From: Candidatus Eiseniibacteriota bacterium
Lineage (GTDB): Bacteria; Joyebacterota; Joyebacteria; Joyebacterales; Joyebacteraceae
NCBI GenBank assembly: GCA_043819135.1
Contig: JBDRFG010000146.1
Location: forward strand, 1 to 43,511
Direction of reading: 5' to 3'
Length of the DNA: 43,511 bases
This document shows positions 26,703 to 36,147 of this stretch, piece by piece (positions within the stretch are counted from its first letter, which is position 1; each line of letters starts with the position of its first letter). The position numbers and the translations under genes are program-made. Under the pieces are notes generated by a model. It saw nothing but the letters and a program-made list of their open reading frames with translations, had not been told where the DNA came from and did no database searches.

Positions 26703-28714
26703 GAACGATGACCGCGCTCGTGCTGATTGCCGTTGTGACACTGGGAACCGCCATACCCTCGTCAGGATACGAGGTCGTGTCGGGGCACCCGAGACTCTTC
26801 GTGACGTCGGCCGACGTCGCCGCCCTGAGGGCCAAGTGCCAGGGGCCGATGGCGTTCGACTACTCGATATCGAAGAACTGGGCGGACGACCACATGAGCG
26901 ACCCTCTTCCGCTCGGCAGCATCGACGCCTACCAGCACTATCTGGCGACCTACAGCTTCAACTACCTCATCACGGGAAACGTCGCGTACGCCGCCAGGGC
27001 CAAGGTCATCGCGCAGAGCGCCATGGGCCAGGGGCTGCAAGGCCAGGGCATGTACAACACCGGTCTCTCCCTGTTCTTCGACTGGTGCTACGACTATCTC
27101 ACCTCCGCCGAGCGGCAGACGTTCGGTTGGGAGCTGGGGGAGAGCGGCCTGGCCGCCGCCGCCGGAGTCAACTGGGTGGAAACGAACAACTACCACTCGA
27201 AAGTCTCAAGACTCATAGGCCTCATATACCCCGGCCTTCCGCTCTACGGCGAGGGTATCCACGACACGGCCGCGACCACTCTCTGCGACCTGTATCAGGA
27301 ACACACGTTCGGCCCCGACTACGTCATCGCCTGCCTCGATGAGATAGCGGGGGACGGGTCGTACTACGAGGGCGGCTACACGCTTTCCGTGGTCGGGGAG
27401 TCGTTTGTTCAGGGCTGCCTGCTGTGGAAGGTGGCCACAGGAGAGAACGCGTTCGCGCAATCGGGCAACCTCCAGAACATGGCCGATTACCTCATCTACG
27501 AAGTATTCGCAAAGAACGGGCTGGGCGGCGGAGCACTCATGAGCGGGTCGAAGCAGGGCGACACGGGGAGCCACACGTGGGGAGCGGCCTCGCTCAGGCG
27601 GGTTCTTCACTCGCTCGCCGCCGTGTACGACGACCCCGTCGCCGAGTGGCTGGGGCTCGAGATAGACAGGCTGGGGCTCGGGTACATCAACAGGAACGAG
27701 CGTTGGAAGCTGCTGGTCCTGCGCGACCCGTCGGTCGGCGAGCAGCCGCCCACCGGGATGCCGGACACGCGGTTCTTCCACGATATGGGCACCGTCTACA
27801 TGCGTTCCGGGTGGGACTACTCGGAGAACAGCAACGACGTCTACGCCGTGTTCCGATGCGAGGCCATGAACGCCGGGCACACGAACGCGCACCAGAATCA
27901 TATCCTCATCGCCCGGGGCTACGACCTCCTGGCCCTGGATTCCGGCATCTACGACGGAGGGACGTCATCGCATCACGTCAACTACTTCAGCCGCACGGTG
28001 GCCCACAACACCATCACGGTCCACGACCCGTCCGAGACGACGTTCGGCTCGTACGCCAATGACGGCGGACAGATAATGCCCAAGGAGCTCCCGACGCGCT
28101 TCGGGGACGCATCCACGCCTGAGTACTACCGCGGCGAGGTCGAGTCGTTCAAGGACACGGACGCCTTCACCTATATGAAGGGCGACGCCACCGCGGCCTA
28201 CTCCGCGGCGAAGGTCGATCTCTTCACCCGCGAGATCGTCTACCTCAAGCCCGACGTGTTCGTGGTCCTGGACCGGGTCGAGGCGACGTCATCCTCGTTC
28301 ACGAAGCGCTGGCTGCTTCATTCCGTGAACCAGCCGACAATCAGCGGGAACACCGCCACGATAACGCGCGGCGTCTCGAAGCTTGTCGTCACCTCGGTTC
28401 TTCCTGCCAACGCCGGCATTACCCGGGTCGGAGGGGTCGGACATGAGTTCGACGTCAACGGGACGAACTACCCGCCGGCCGCGGGCTGGACGGAAGACAT
28501 GGGCGGGTGGCGGCTCGAGATCACGCCGGGAACCGGCGCCGCCGACCACGTTTTCCTGACTGTTCTCTGCGTCGCGGGTGCCAGTGAGGCCACGCCGGAC
28601 GTCAGTCTGGTCGAGGGCGACGAGATGGTTGGAGTCCAGGTGGGCGGGCAGGTCGTTCTGTTCAGCGCGACCGGGGCCGCGGTAGAGGAGGCCTCGTACG
28701 AGTACGGCGAGTAG
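26699..28714 (+). CDS. Secreted heparinase II/III-like polysaccharide lyase
   Basis: Signal peptide, HPRLF start, helical N-domain with FFDWCYD and DGSYYEG..Y; beta C-domain with G.VYMRSGW, GH...QNH, LA.DSG.Y, RTVAHNTITV, MKGDATAAY and VVLDRV. Confidence 0.82.
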   Translation: MRTMTALVLIAVVTLGTAIPSSGYEVVSGHPRLFVTSADVAALRAKCQGPMAFDYSISKNWADDHMSDPLPLGSIDAYQHYLATYSFNYLITGNVAYAARAKVIAQSAMGQGLQGQGMYNTGLSLFFDWCYDYLTSAERQTFGWELGESGLAAAAGVNWVETNNYHSKVSRLIGLIYPGLPLYGEGIHDTAATTLCDLYQEHTFGPDYVIACLDEIAGDGSYYEGGYTLSVVGESFVQGCLLWKVATGENAFAQSGNLQNMADYLIYEVFAKNGLGGGALMSGSKQGDTGSHTWGAASLRRVLHSLAAVYDDPVAEWLGLEIDRLGLGYINRNERWKLLVLRDPSVGEQPPTGMPDTRFFHDMGTVYMRSGWDYSENSNDVYAVFRCEAMNAGHTNAHQNHILIARGYDLLALDSGIYDGGTSSHHVNYFSRTVAHNTITVHDPSETTFGSYANDGGQIMPKELPTRFGDASTPEYYRGEVESFKDTDAFTYMKGDATAAYSAAKVDLFTREIVYLKPDVFVVLDRVEATSSSFTKRWLLHSVNQPTISGNTATITRGVSKLVVTSVLPANAGITRVGGVGHEFDVNGTNYPPAAGWTEDMGGWRLEITPGTGAADHVFLTVLCVAGASEATPDVSLVEGDEMVGVQVGGQVVLFSATGAAVEEASYEYGE

Positions 28715-28733
28715 CCGTGTAGGAGCTGGCGCC

Positions 28734-29828
28734 ATGCGGATCTGCTTTCTCGCAGACGCAGGATCGGTGAACACGAGAAGCTGGGTCAACGCCTTCGCCG
28801 AGGACCTCGGTCACGACGTACACGTTGTGTCCGTGAATCGGGTGGGTGAGATGGCGCCTTCGGTCACGCTTCATCACCTGGGAACGGACTCGGGCACGCA
28901 GGATACTCTGGGAAAGCTCGCGTATCTCAGGAGCGTCAGGCGCATACGCCGGATCGTCACCGAGATATCGCCGGACATTCTCGTGGGCTATCGCGTCGCG
29001 AGCTACGGCTACGTGGGGGCCAGGACAGGCTTCCGCCCGCTGGTGGTCGTGGCGCAGGGCGAGCACATCATCACGCCCAGGCGCTCACTTCCCAAGCGGA
29101 TATTCGCGATGACGGCCATACGGGAGGCAAGCCTCCTTCACTCGTGGGCGCCACACGTGACGGACAGGCTCGTCGAGCTGGGCGCGGACCCGGACCGGAT
29201 CCTGACCTGTCACCGCGGTATCGACATCGCCCGCTTCTCACCGGCGGACGAGCACGAGAGGGTCCCGGCCTCGGTGATCGTTACCAGGAATCTGTGCCGG
29301 TGGTACAAGATCGACGTCATCGTCAGAGCGCTGGCCCTGGCCAGGCAAGAGGTCGGTGGGATCACCGGGACGCTGGCGGGCGACGGGGAAGGGGAGCAGG
29401 AACTCCGGGAGCTGACCGGCGAGCTGGGGCTGTCCGACGTCGTCAGGTTCATTGGGCGAGTGCCGCACGACGAACTGCCCGGGCTGCTTCGCCGAAGTTC
29501 CATCTACGCGTCCGCCGTCCGAACCGACGGCGTCTCGGCGTCGCTCCTCGAGGCGATGGCGACCGGGTGTTTCCCCGTGGTCCGCGACAACGCGGCCAAC
29601 CGCTACTGGGTCGAGAATGGACGGAACGGGTTCCTTGTGAAGGGCGAGGACCCCGCCGCGTATGCGGAGGCCATCGTCGCGGCCAGCAGGGGCGACGGAC
29701 TCAGGTCGGAGGCGGCGCGCCTCAATCGGGACATCGTTGCCGAGCGTGCGGACTCTGCCAGGAACATGCGAACGATAGAGCGGGCGTACCTGGCCCTGAT
29801 CAGCGGGGAGCGAGAGTGGGAACCTTAG
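28734..29828 (+). CDS. GT4-family glycosyltransferase
   Basis: MRICFLAD, GIDIARF and DGVSASLLEAMATG.FPVV (D in place of the first E of EX7E). Confidence 0.9.
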   Translation: MRICFLADAGSVNTRSWVNAFAEDLGHDVHVVSVNRVGEMAPSVTLHHLGTDSGTQDTLGKLAYLRSVRRIRRIVTEISPDILVGYRVASYGYVGARTGFRPLVVVAQGEHIITPRRSLPKRIFAMTAIREASLLHSWAPHVTDRLVELGADPDRILTCHRGIDIARFSPADEHERVPASVIVTRNLCRWYKIDVIVRALALARQEVGGITGTLAGDGEGEQELRELTGELGLSDVVRFIGRVPHDELPGLLRRSSIYASAVRTDGVSASLLEAMATGCFPVVRDNAANRYWVENGRNGFLVKGEDPAAYAEAIVAASRGDGLRSEAARLNRDIVAERADSARNMRTIERAYLALISGEREWEP

Positions 29829-29831
29829 AAG

Positions 29832-31388
29832 ATGAGAGATAGGACGTACCTTCGCTGGGGCGGAGGGGGCACCAACGCGACCGGGGTGGCAAGCGTGTAT
29901 ACCCTAGAAGAGAGGCTCTATCTGCAGAGCCCGACGTTCGTCCAGAATGCTCTGGTCTCCCACCGAGGCCGGAGGCTTCTGCGTGAGCGCTTCGGGCCCG
30001 AATACGACCGGTGGGACCGATTCTTCCGTGAGTCCGAGCGGCTCGATGCCGCGGGGCTCAGGCGGTATCAGGAAGAGCGCCTTCGTGCGGTCGTCGCGCA
30101 CGCGTATGAGACCGTTCCGTACTACCGCAAGCTGATGGACGGGCTCAAGCTCAGGCCCTCCGACCTGACGCGCGTCGAGGATCTCCCCAAGCTGCCCGTC
30201 CTGACGAAGGACGTCATACGAGCGAATCTGGAAGACATGGTCTCGAGCACCGTCGACCGCCGGCACGTCAGGAAGGTCTTCACGTCCGGGACGACCGGAG
30301 ACGCGGTCGATTTCTATTGGGACCAAGTTGTCGACGTCGTCAACAACGCGTGTCTGTGGCGCGGCAGACGCTGGGCCGGGTTCGAGTTCGGCCAGCCCTA
30401 CGCGACGCTTCTCGGCAAGCTGATCATGGCGCCGGAGCGGAAGCGCCCGCCGTTCTGGCGATTCAATCGCAGCTGGAACCAGATGCTGATGTCGTCGCAT
30501 CACCTGGCCCCCGAGAACCTCCCGAGCTACATCGGAGCACTCAGGGACGCGGGAGTGGTGGCGCTCGACGCCTACCCCTCGATGGCCGTTGTGCTCGCGC
30601 GGTACCTCGAGAGCGTCGGGGAGCACCTTCCGCTCAAATGCGTCTTCACGACCGCCGAGCCTCTCCACGAGCCCGACAGGGAGGTGCTCGCCGAGCGGTT
30701 CCAGTGCGGTGTCTTCGACGGTTACAGCCAGGCCGAGCGCGTCGTCTACTCCGCCGAGTGCGACCATCACCGGGGTCACCACCTCTTCGAGGAATACGGC
30801 ATCTGCGAGATAGTCGACGGAGAAGGGACCCCCGTTGAGCCCGGCACCCCGGGGCGGCTGGTGGGCACCGGTCTGCACAACATGGCCATGCCTCTCCTGC
30901 GGTACGACGTGGGCGACGTCGCCTCGCTTTCCACGGATGTCTGCACGTGCGGCCGCGGTCTTCCCCTGATGGGACTGATCGCAACGAGGCAGGGCGACAT
31001 CATCAGCACGCCGGACGGACGCCTGCTTCCACCTCTGATGATCCTGCGACCGTTCATGTATGTCGAGGGCATCAAGGCGTCTCAGTTCGTTCAGCACACG
31101 CTCACCGACTACACGGCGAGGATAGAGACCGACCGGGCGCTGTCGAACGAAGAGGTCGACGAACTGGTCCGCAACCTGTGTGTCAGGCTTGGGCGGACCG
31201 TGAACATCAAGGTCGAACGCGTGGACGACATCCCGCGCTCGGCGAATCAGAAATTCAGAAGAGTGGTCTCGGAGGTTCCGCTGAGCTGGGCGGAACCCGC
31301 CTCCGCCGACTCGCTGCGCCGCAGTGGGGCCGCCGGCCGAGCTGAAGATGGGGAAGACGCGGGCCGCACCGACGGGGAGGGCGCCTGA
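29832..31388 (+). CDS. Phenylacetate-CoA ligase-like adenylate-forming protein (CapK-like)
   Basis: HAYETVPYYR, LP.LTK, TSGTTG, YPS, DGYSQAE, AMPLLRYDVGD and CTCGRGLP. Start may lie slightly downstream. Confidence 0.88.
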   Translation: MRDRTYLRWGGGGTNATGVASVYTLEERLYLQSPTFVQNALVSHRGRRLLRERFGPEYDRWDRFFRESERLDAAGLRRYQEERLRAVVAHAYETVPYYRKLMDGLKLRPSDLTRVEDLPKLPVLTKDVIRANLEDMVSSTVDRRHVRKVFTSGTTGDAVDFYWDQVVDVVNNACLWRGRRWAGFEFGQPYATLLGKLIMAPERKRPPFWRFNRSWNQMLMSSHHLAPENLPSYIGALRDAGVVALDAYPSMAVVLARYLESVGEHLPLKCVFTTAEPLHEPDREVLAERFQCGVFDGYSQAERVVYSAECDHHRGHHLFEEYGICEIVDGEGTPVEPGTPGRLVGTGLHNMAMPLLRYDVGDVASLSTDVCTCGRGLPLMGLIATRQGDIISTPDGRLLPPLMILRPFMYVEGIKASQFVQHTLTDYTARIETDRALSNEEVDELVRNLCVRLGRTVNIKVERVDDIPRSANQKFRRVVSEVPLSWAEPASADSLRRSGAAGRAEDGEDAGRTDGEGA

Positions 31389-33775
31389 TGGCGAAGGTCC
31401 TGCACGTCGTCGAGTCGATGAAGGCCGGAGGCGCTGAGCGCGTCGTGGTCGAGTACGCGAAGTGGCACGACCGCTCTCGCTACGAGCCCGAGGTCTGCTG
31501 CGTGCTTTCGTCCGGCCCCTTCGCCGACTCGGTCGCCTCCTCGGGCGTTCCCGTTCACGTGCTCGGCCGCAAGAGCAGATTCGACCTCGGCGCCATCTTC
31601 AGACTGGCCCGGATCGTTCGGCGCGGTCGCTTCGACGTCGTCCATAACCACAACTTCGCCGCGCTGGCGGCGGGGTTGCCGGCGTCGGTTCTCGGCAGGG
31701 CGAGAGCGGTGATCCGCACCGAACACAACGTCCTGCGCACGCGGGGACCGGCCAGGCACTACGTGAGCCGCGCGGCCGCTCTCAGGGAGGATGCGCAGAT
31801 AGCGGTGTCTGACGCCGTCAGGCGCGCGCACACTGACTGCGGACGGATCAGACCGGGGAGATTCGTCACCGTGCTGAACGGAGTCGACGAGGAGCGTCTT
31901 GCCCCGAGCGCCGACCGAGCGTCGGTGCGGCGGCAACTCGGGCTGCCGGACGACGCGGTCGTCTGCCTGAACGTCGGGAGTCTCACGGAACAGAAGAACC
32001 GGCGCACTCTCCTGGACGCGGCGGCGCGGCTGACCGACATCGACGAACTGAGGTTGCTGGTGGTCGGTTCGGGTCCGGAGGAAGAGGAACTCAGGGGGCG
32101 CGTGAATGAGCTCGGGCTGTCAGGACGGGTCCTGCTCCTCGGGCAGCGCCTGGACGTTCCCGATCTGCTGGCCGCATCGGACATCTTCGTGCTCTCCTCC
32201 GACTGGGAGGGGCTGCCGATCACGATCCTCGAGGCGATGGCAGCGGGAGTGCCCTGTGTGGCGACGGCCGTCGGCGGAGTCCCCGAGGCGCTTACCGACG
32301 GCGTGAACGGTCTGACCGTCGAGCCCGGCGATCCCGAGGCGCTGGCATATGGGCTGCGCCGCCTCGCGGGGGACGCGGATCTGCGCGCTCGCCTGGCGGG
32401 CGCTGCCCGCGACGAGTTCGAGCGCAGGTTCAGGGCGAGCCAGATGGTCCGACAGACCGAGGCCCTGTACGACATGGCGCTTTCCGGCCGAGCGGCCCTC
32501 GCGTCTGCGGGGAGGATCAAGATCCTCTACGTCATCGGCCAGCTGGGCCGCGGAGGCGCGGAGCGGCAGACGTCCGAACTCGTCAGGCGTCTTCCCCGCG
32601 ACGTGTTCGAGCCGGTCGTGTGCTGCCTGCACGGATCGGACGTGCTCGGCGACGAGATGGAGGACGCCGGCGTGCGGGTGATCTACCTGGGGAAGAAGGG
32701 AGGGATTTTCTCCGGCACCACGCTCAGGCTCGCCGACATCATCAGGCGCGAGCGGCCCGCGGTGCTGCACTCGTATCTCTTCTCCGCGAACTGGAGGAGT
32801 CTTCTCGCCGGCAGGCTGGCGCGCGTCCCGTTCATCATCTCGTCGGTGCGAAACGTGGACATCCACTCACAGTCTGCGACCGTCGCTATCGAATGGCTGC
32901 TTGCCGGCCTGACCGACCGTGTGATAGCGAACGCGGAGGCCGTGAAGGACCACGTGTCGAGACGTCATCTGATACCCGCCGAGAAGATACACGTCGTCTA
33001 CAACGGCGTTGCGCTCGAGCGGGCGGAAGGACGCACGAGAGGCGGAGCCTCCTCCGAGACCGGGGGAGCCAACGCCGGCGACGGGGTCTCGGACCGGGGG
33101 GGTCGCGTCGCGATGATCGCGAGCCTGACCCCCAAGAAGGACCACGGCACGTTCCTCGAAGCAGTGCGCTTGATCACGCGGGACGCGCCGGACGCCCGGT
33201 TTCTGATCGTGGGAGACGGCGCTCTGCGCGACGAGCTGACCGACCGCGTGACATCCATGGGGCTTTCTGACGTGGTCGAGCTGACCGGCGCCCGGGACGA
33301 CATCGGCGTCATCCTCTCCGAGATCGATGTTTCCGTGCTGACGTCGCTCAAGGAAGGGTGCTCGAACGTGGTGCTGGAATCGATGGCGGCCGCCCGTCCG
33401 GTCGTCGTCACCGACGTCGGCGGCAACAGAGAACTCATCGAGAACGGGGTGACCGGATACATCGTCCCCGCCGGCGACGCGGCGGGAATCGCTCGCCACG
33501 TGTTGGAGCTTCTGGGAGACCCGGATCTCAGACAGAGAATGGGCGCGGCGGGCCGGACCCGTGTGCGGTCGAGGTTCACGGCCGACAGAATGGTGGACGA
33601 CACAGTCGCGTTCTATCTGTCCGTTCTCGGGAAGAGGGCGGCGGGCCTTGAGGCGTGGGTGCGCGTCACCTCGGAGCGGGAGCAGCACAGCTCGGGCAAG
33701 GCCGCAGGAACACGCCGTGCGGACGACCCGACGCGACCGCAAGCAACCGAAGGAGAGGTACCGACTACACCATGA
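31388..33775 (+). CDS. Tandem double GT4 glycosyltransferase
   Basis: Two complete GT-B units, each with GGAER, NGV and an EX7E motif (EGLPITILEAMA; EGCSNVVLESMA), in one 795-aa ORF. Confidence 0.92.
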   Translation: MAKVLHVVESMKAGGAERVVVEYAKWHDRSRYEPEVCCVLSSGPFADSVASSGVPVHVLGRKSRFDLGAIFRLARIVRRGRFDVVHNHNFAALAAGLPASVLGRARAVIRTEHNVLRTRGPARHYVSRAAALREDAQIAVSDAVRRAHTDCGRIRPGRFVTVLNGVDEERLAPSADRASVRRQLGLPDDAVVCLNVGSLTEQKNRRTLLDAAARLTDIDELRLLVVGSGPEEEELRGRVNELGLSGRVLLLGQRLDVPDLLAASDIFVLSSDWEGLPITILEAMAAGVPCVATAVGGVPEALTDGVNGLTVEPGDPEALAYGLRRLAGDADLRARLAGAARDEFERRFRASQMVRQTEALYDMALSGRAALASAGRIKILYVIGQLGRGGAERQTSELVRRLPRDVFEPVVCCLHGSDVLGDEMEDAGVRVIYLGKKGGIFSGTTLRLADIIRRERPAVLHSYLFSANWRSLLAGRLARVPFIISSVRNVDIHSQSATVAIEWLLAGLTDRVIANAEAVKDHVSRRHLIPAEKIHVVYNGVALERAEGRTRGGASSETGGANAGDGVSDRGGRVAMIASLTPKKDHGTFLEAVRLITRDAPDARFLIVGDGALRDELTDRVTSMGLSDVVELTGARDDIGVILSEIDVSVLTSLKEGCSNVVLESMAAARPVVVTDVGGNRELIENGVTGYIVPAGDAAGIARHVLELLGDPDLRQRMGAAGRTRVRSRFTADRMVDDTVAFYLSVLGKRAAGLEAWVRVTSEREQHSSGKAAGTRRADDPTRPQATEGEVPTTP

Positions 33776-34917
33776 GTGGGAAGAGCAACAGAGGCAACGG
33801 ATTCGACGGCCTGGCGAGGCGCATGGGACTGGGCATCAGGAACTCCGGACTGGTCGTTCGGGGAGTGGCCGGTGTCCACCGCGTCGGCGGGACCGTTCTG
33901 CGGTACCACTCCATCAGCGACGACCATGCGTGGGCCTTGGACTATGTGCAGAAGAGCCTCGTGGTCACGCCGGAGCTTTTCGAGCGACAGGTGGCCTTCC
34001 TGACGAAGAGATACAGGGTCGTGAACATAGGGGAGATGGCTGGGCAGATGCGTTCCCGCGGCGGCGTGGACCCCGGAAGTGTGGCGATCACGTTCGACGA
34101 CGGGTACGAGGACAACTACAGGTGCGCGTTCCCGATTCTCAGGAAGCACGGCGCGACGGCCACCTTCTACATTACGACAGGCACGGTGGCCGATGCCCGG
34201 ATTCTGTGGACGGTGGGCCTGAGGCGGGCGATCAGATCGTGCGACAGACCGACCGTATCGCTGTCGTTCCTGGGGGAGCGGAGCGTCGATCTTTCCACCG
34301 ACGCGCGGAGGGAAGCCACGATCAAGATGATCACCAGCATCGGGAAGCGCTGCAAGGTCGAAGAGCTGGAGGACATCCTCGCGGAGGTTCACGAGGAGAC
34401 CGGTCACGGCCCGCAAGCGGCGCCGCTGCCCAGACGGGTCATGATGAACTGGGACGAGATCAGAGAGATGCACGGCGCCGGCATGACGATAGGCGCGCAC
34501 ACGCACTCCCACTACAACCTGCCCAGCCTTGACACCAGTGACGTCGCGCACGAGGTCGTCGCCTCGCGCAGAGCCGTCGAGGAGGAGCTGCAGGCGCCGG
34601 TCGAGCACTTCGCCTATCCGAACGGCAGGACGGACCGCCATTGCGATGCCCGGGTCGCGAAGGTAGTCGCGGTGGCCGGGTTCGGGTCTGCGGTCACTTC
34701 TCTGGCCGGGCCGGTGTCCGGCAGGTTCTCGCCATACTGCATCCCGCGAATGGGTGTGGCACCCAGGCACGGGGACCTCGCGAGGCTTGCGGCGGACATG
34801 CAGTACTCGAAATTCAGACATCAGGACCGGCACGTCGTGGATGAGATAACAAGGGTCCTTCCCGCGCGAGTACGCGGCTTCGGGGCGAATAGCTCGTTCC
34901 ACGCTAACTCGGTTTGA
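33772..34917 (+). CDS. Polysaccharide deacetylase (CE4/NodB family)
   Basis: LRYHSI, ITFDDGY.DN, MNWDEIREM, IGAHTHSH..L and FAYPNG; ATGA overlap with the upstream gene. Confidence 0.92.
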   Translation: MSGKSNRGNGFDGLARRMGLGIRNSGLVVRGVAGVHRVGGTVLRYHSISDDHAWALDYVQKSLVVTPELFERQVAFLTKRYRVVNIGEMAGQMRSRGGVDPGSVAITFDDGYEDNYRCAFPILRKHGATATFYITTGTVADARILWTVGLRRAIRSCDRPTVSLSFLGERSVDLSTDARREATIKMITSIGKRCKVEELEDILAEVHEETGHGPQAAPLPRRVMMNWDEIREMHGAGMTIGAHTHSHYNLPSLDTSDVAHEVVASRRAVEEELQAPVEHFAYPNGRTDRHCDARVAKVVAVAGFGSAVTSLAGPVSGRFSPYCIPRMGVAPRHGDLARLAADMQYSKFRHQDRHVVDEITRVLPARVRGFGANSSFHANSV

Positions 34918-34941
34918 GGGTCGACGGAGCCCGGAGGTCGG

Positions 34942-36147
34942 TTGGGTCGTGTCAACGCACATAGAGACGGGACTCCCGCGAAGCTCGTGCTGTGGGCCGG
35001 TTCGTTCGAACCCGCCGGGACCCAGCGATTCCTGGTCGAGCTTCTGAGAAGAATGGACCGGAGCAAGTTCGCGCCCATCGTGTTCTCGACGCTGGCCGAG
35101 GGCGAGCTTCTGCCGGAGGTGGAGGCCATGGGCGTTCCCGTACACGAATTCGGGACGGATCGACGCGCGCTGTCTCCGCAGACCTTCAGAGACCTGTCGG
35201 GGGCCGCCGCGTTCCTGCGTCGCGAGAAGGTCGACATCCTGAGTTGCATGCTGGGCCTGACGACGCTCGTGGGTCCGTTCGTGGGACGGGCCGCCGGTGT
35301 TCCCGTGGTCGTGAACAACCAGCGGAACATGAGCTACTGGCTCAGAGGCGGCATCAGGGAGTCGGTCTACGGTTTCGTGAGCAGGCGTGTGGTCGACGCC
35401 ATCGTCGTCAACAGCGCAGCCGCCGCGAAGGAGCTGACGGGGCGGTTCCGGGTGCCGGAATCGAAGATAGAAAATGTCGGCGTGGGGACGGACCTCGAGA
35501 AGATCGCCCGGGCCGAGCCGAACGAGGCGCTCAGACGGGAGCTGGGCCTCGGTGGTGGCAAGGTGGTCGGTGTTGTGGCGAAGCTCTCGCCGGTGAAGGG
35601 CCACGACCACTTCCTGGAGGCGGCCGCGTTCGTCTCCAGGGCCTACGGGAACGTGCGCTTCCTGATCGTCGGCGACGGGCCCGAGCGGACGCGCCTTGAG
35701 CGGACGGCCGGCGAACTCGGGATCTCGGACAGGGTCCACTTCCTCGGCGTGCGGGACGACGTGCCCGCGGTGCTCAAGCTGATGGACGTGCTCGTGCTCT
35801 CGTCGCTGTCCGAGGGTTCTCCGAACGTTGTGCTGGAAGGCATGGCGTCCGGCGTTCCGATTGTCGGGACGGCCGTGGGCGGGGTTCCTGAGCTCGTCGA
35901 GGACGGGGTGTCGGGCCTGCTAGTCGACCCCGGAGACGCTCCCGCGATGTCGAACGCCGTGCTTGCGCTGCTTACGGACCCGGACCGCGCGCGGGCGATG
36001 GGTGAGAAGGGTCGAACGACGGCCGCCGAGAACTACGACATCAACCGGGTGGTCGCGCGCACCGAGGACGTGTTCTCGAGTCTCCTGGAGTGTGCCCGCG
36101 GACGGCGCGGGGACGGGTCGGGAGAGCGAATTGGAGGAGGGGCATGA
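34942..36147 (+). CDS. GT4-family glycosyltransferase
   Basis: AGTQR, VKGH..FL.AA, SEGSPNVVLEGMA.G.P.VGTAVGG. Start (TTG) uncertain. Confidence 0.9.
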   Translation: MGRVNAHRDGTPAKLVLWAGSFEPAGTQRFLVELLRRMDRSKFAPIVFSTLAEGELLPEVEAMGVPVHEFGTDRRALSPQTFRDLSGAAAFLRREKVDILSCMLGLTTLVGPFVGRAAGVPVVVNNQRNMSYWLRGGIRESVYGFVSRRVVDAIVVNSAAAAKELTGRFRVPESKIENVGVGTDLEKIARAEPNEALRRELGLGGGKVVGVVAKLSPVKGHDHFLEAAAFVSRAYGNVRFLIVGDGPERTRLERTAGELGISDRVHFLGVRDDVPAVLKLMDVLVLSSLSEGSPNVVLEGMASGVPIVGTAVGGVPELVEDGVSGLLVDPGDAPAMSNAVLALLTDPDRARAMGEKGRTTAAENYDINRVVARTEDVFSSLLECARGRRGDGSGERIGGGA

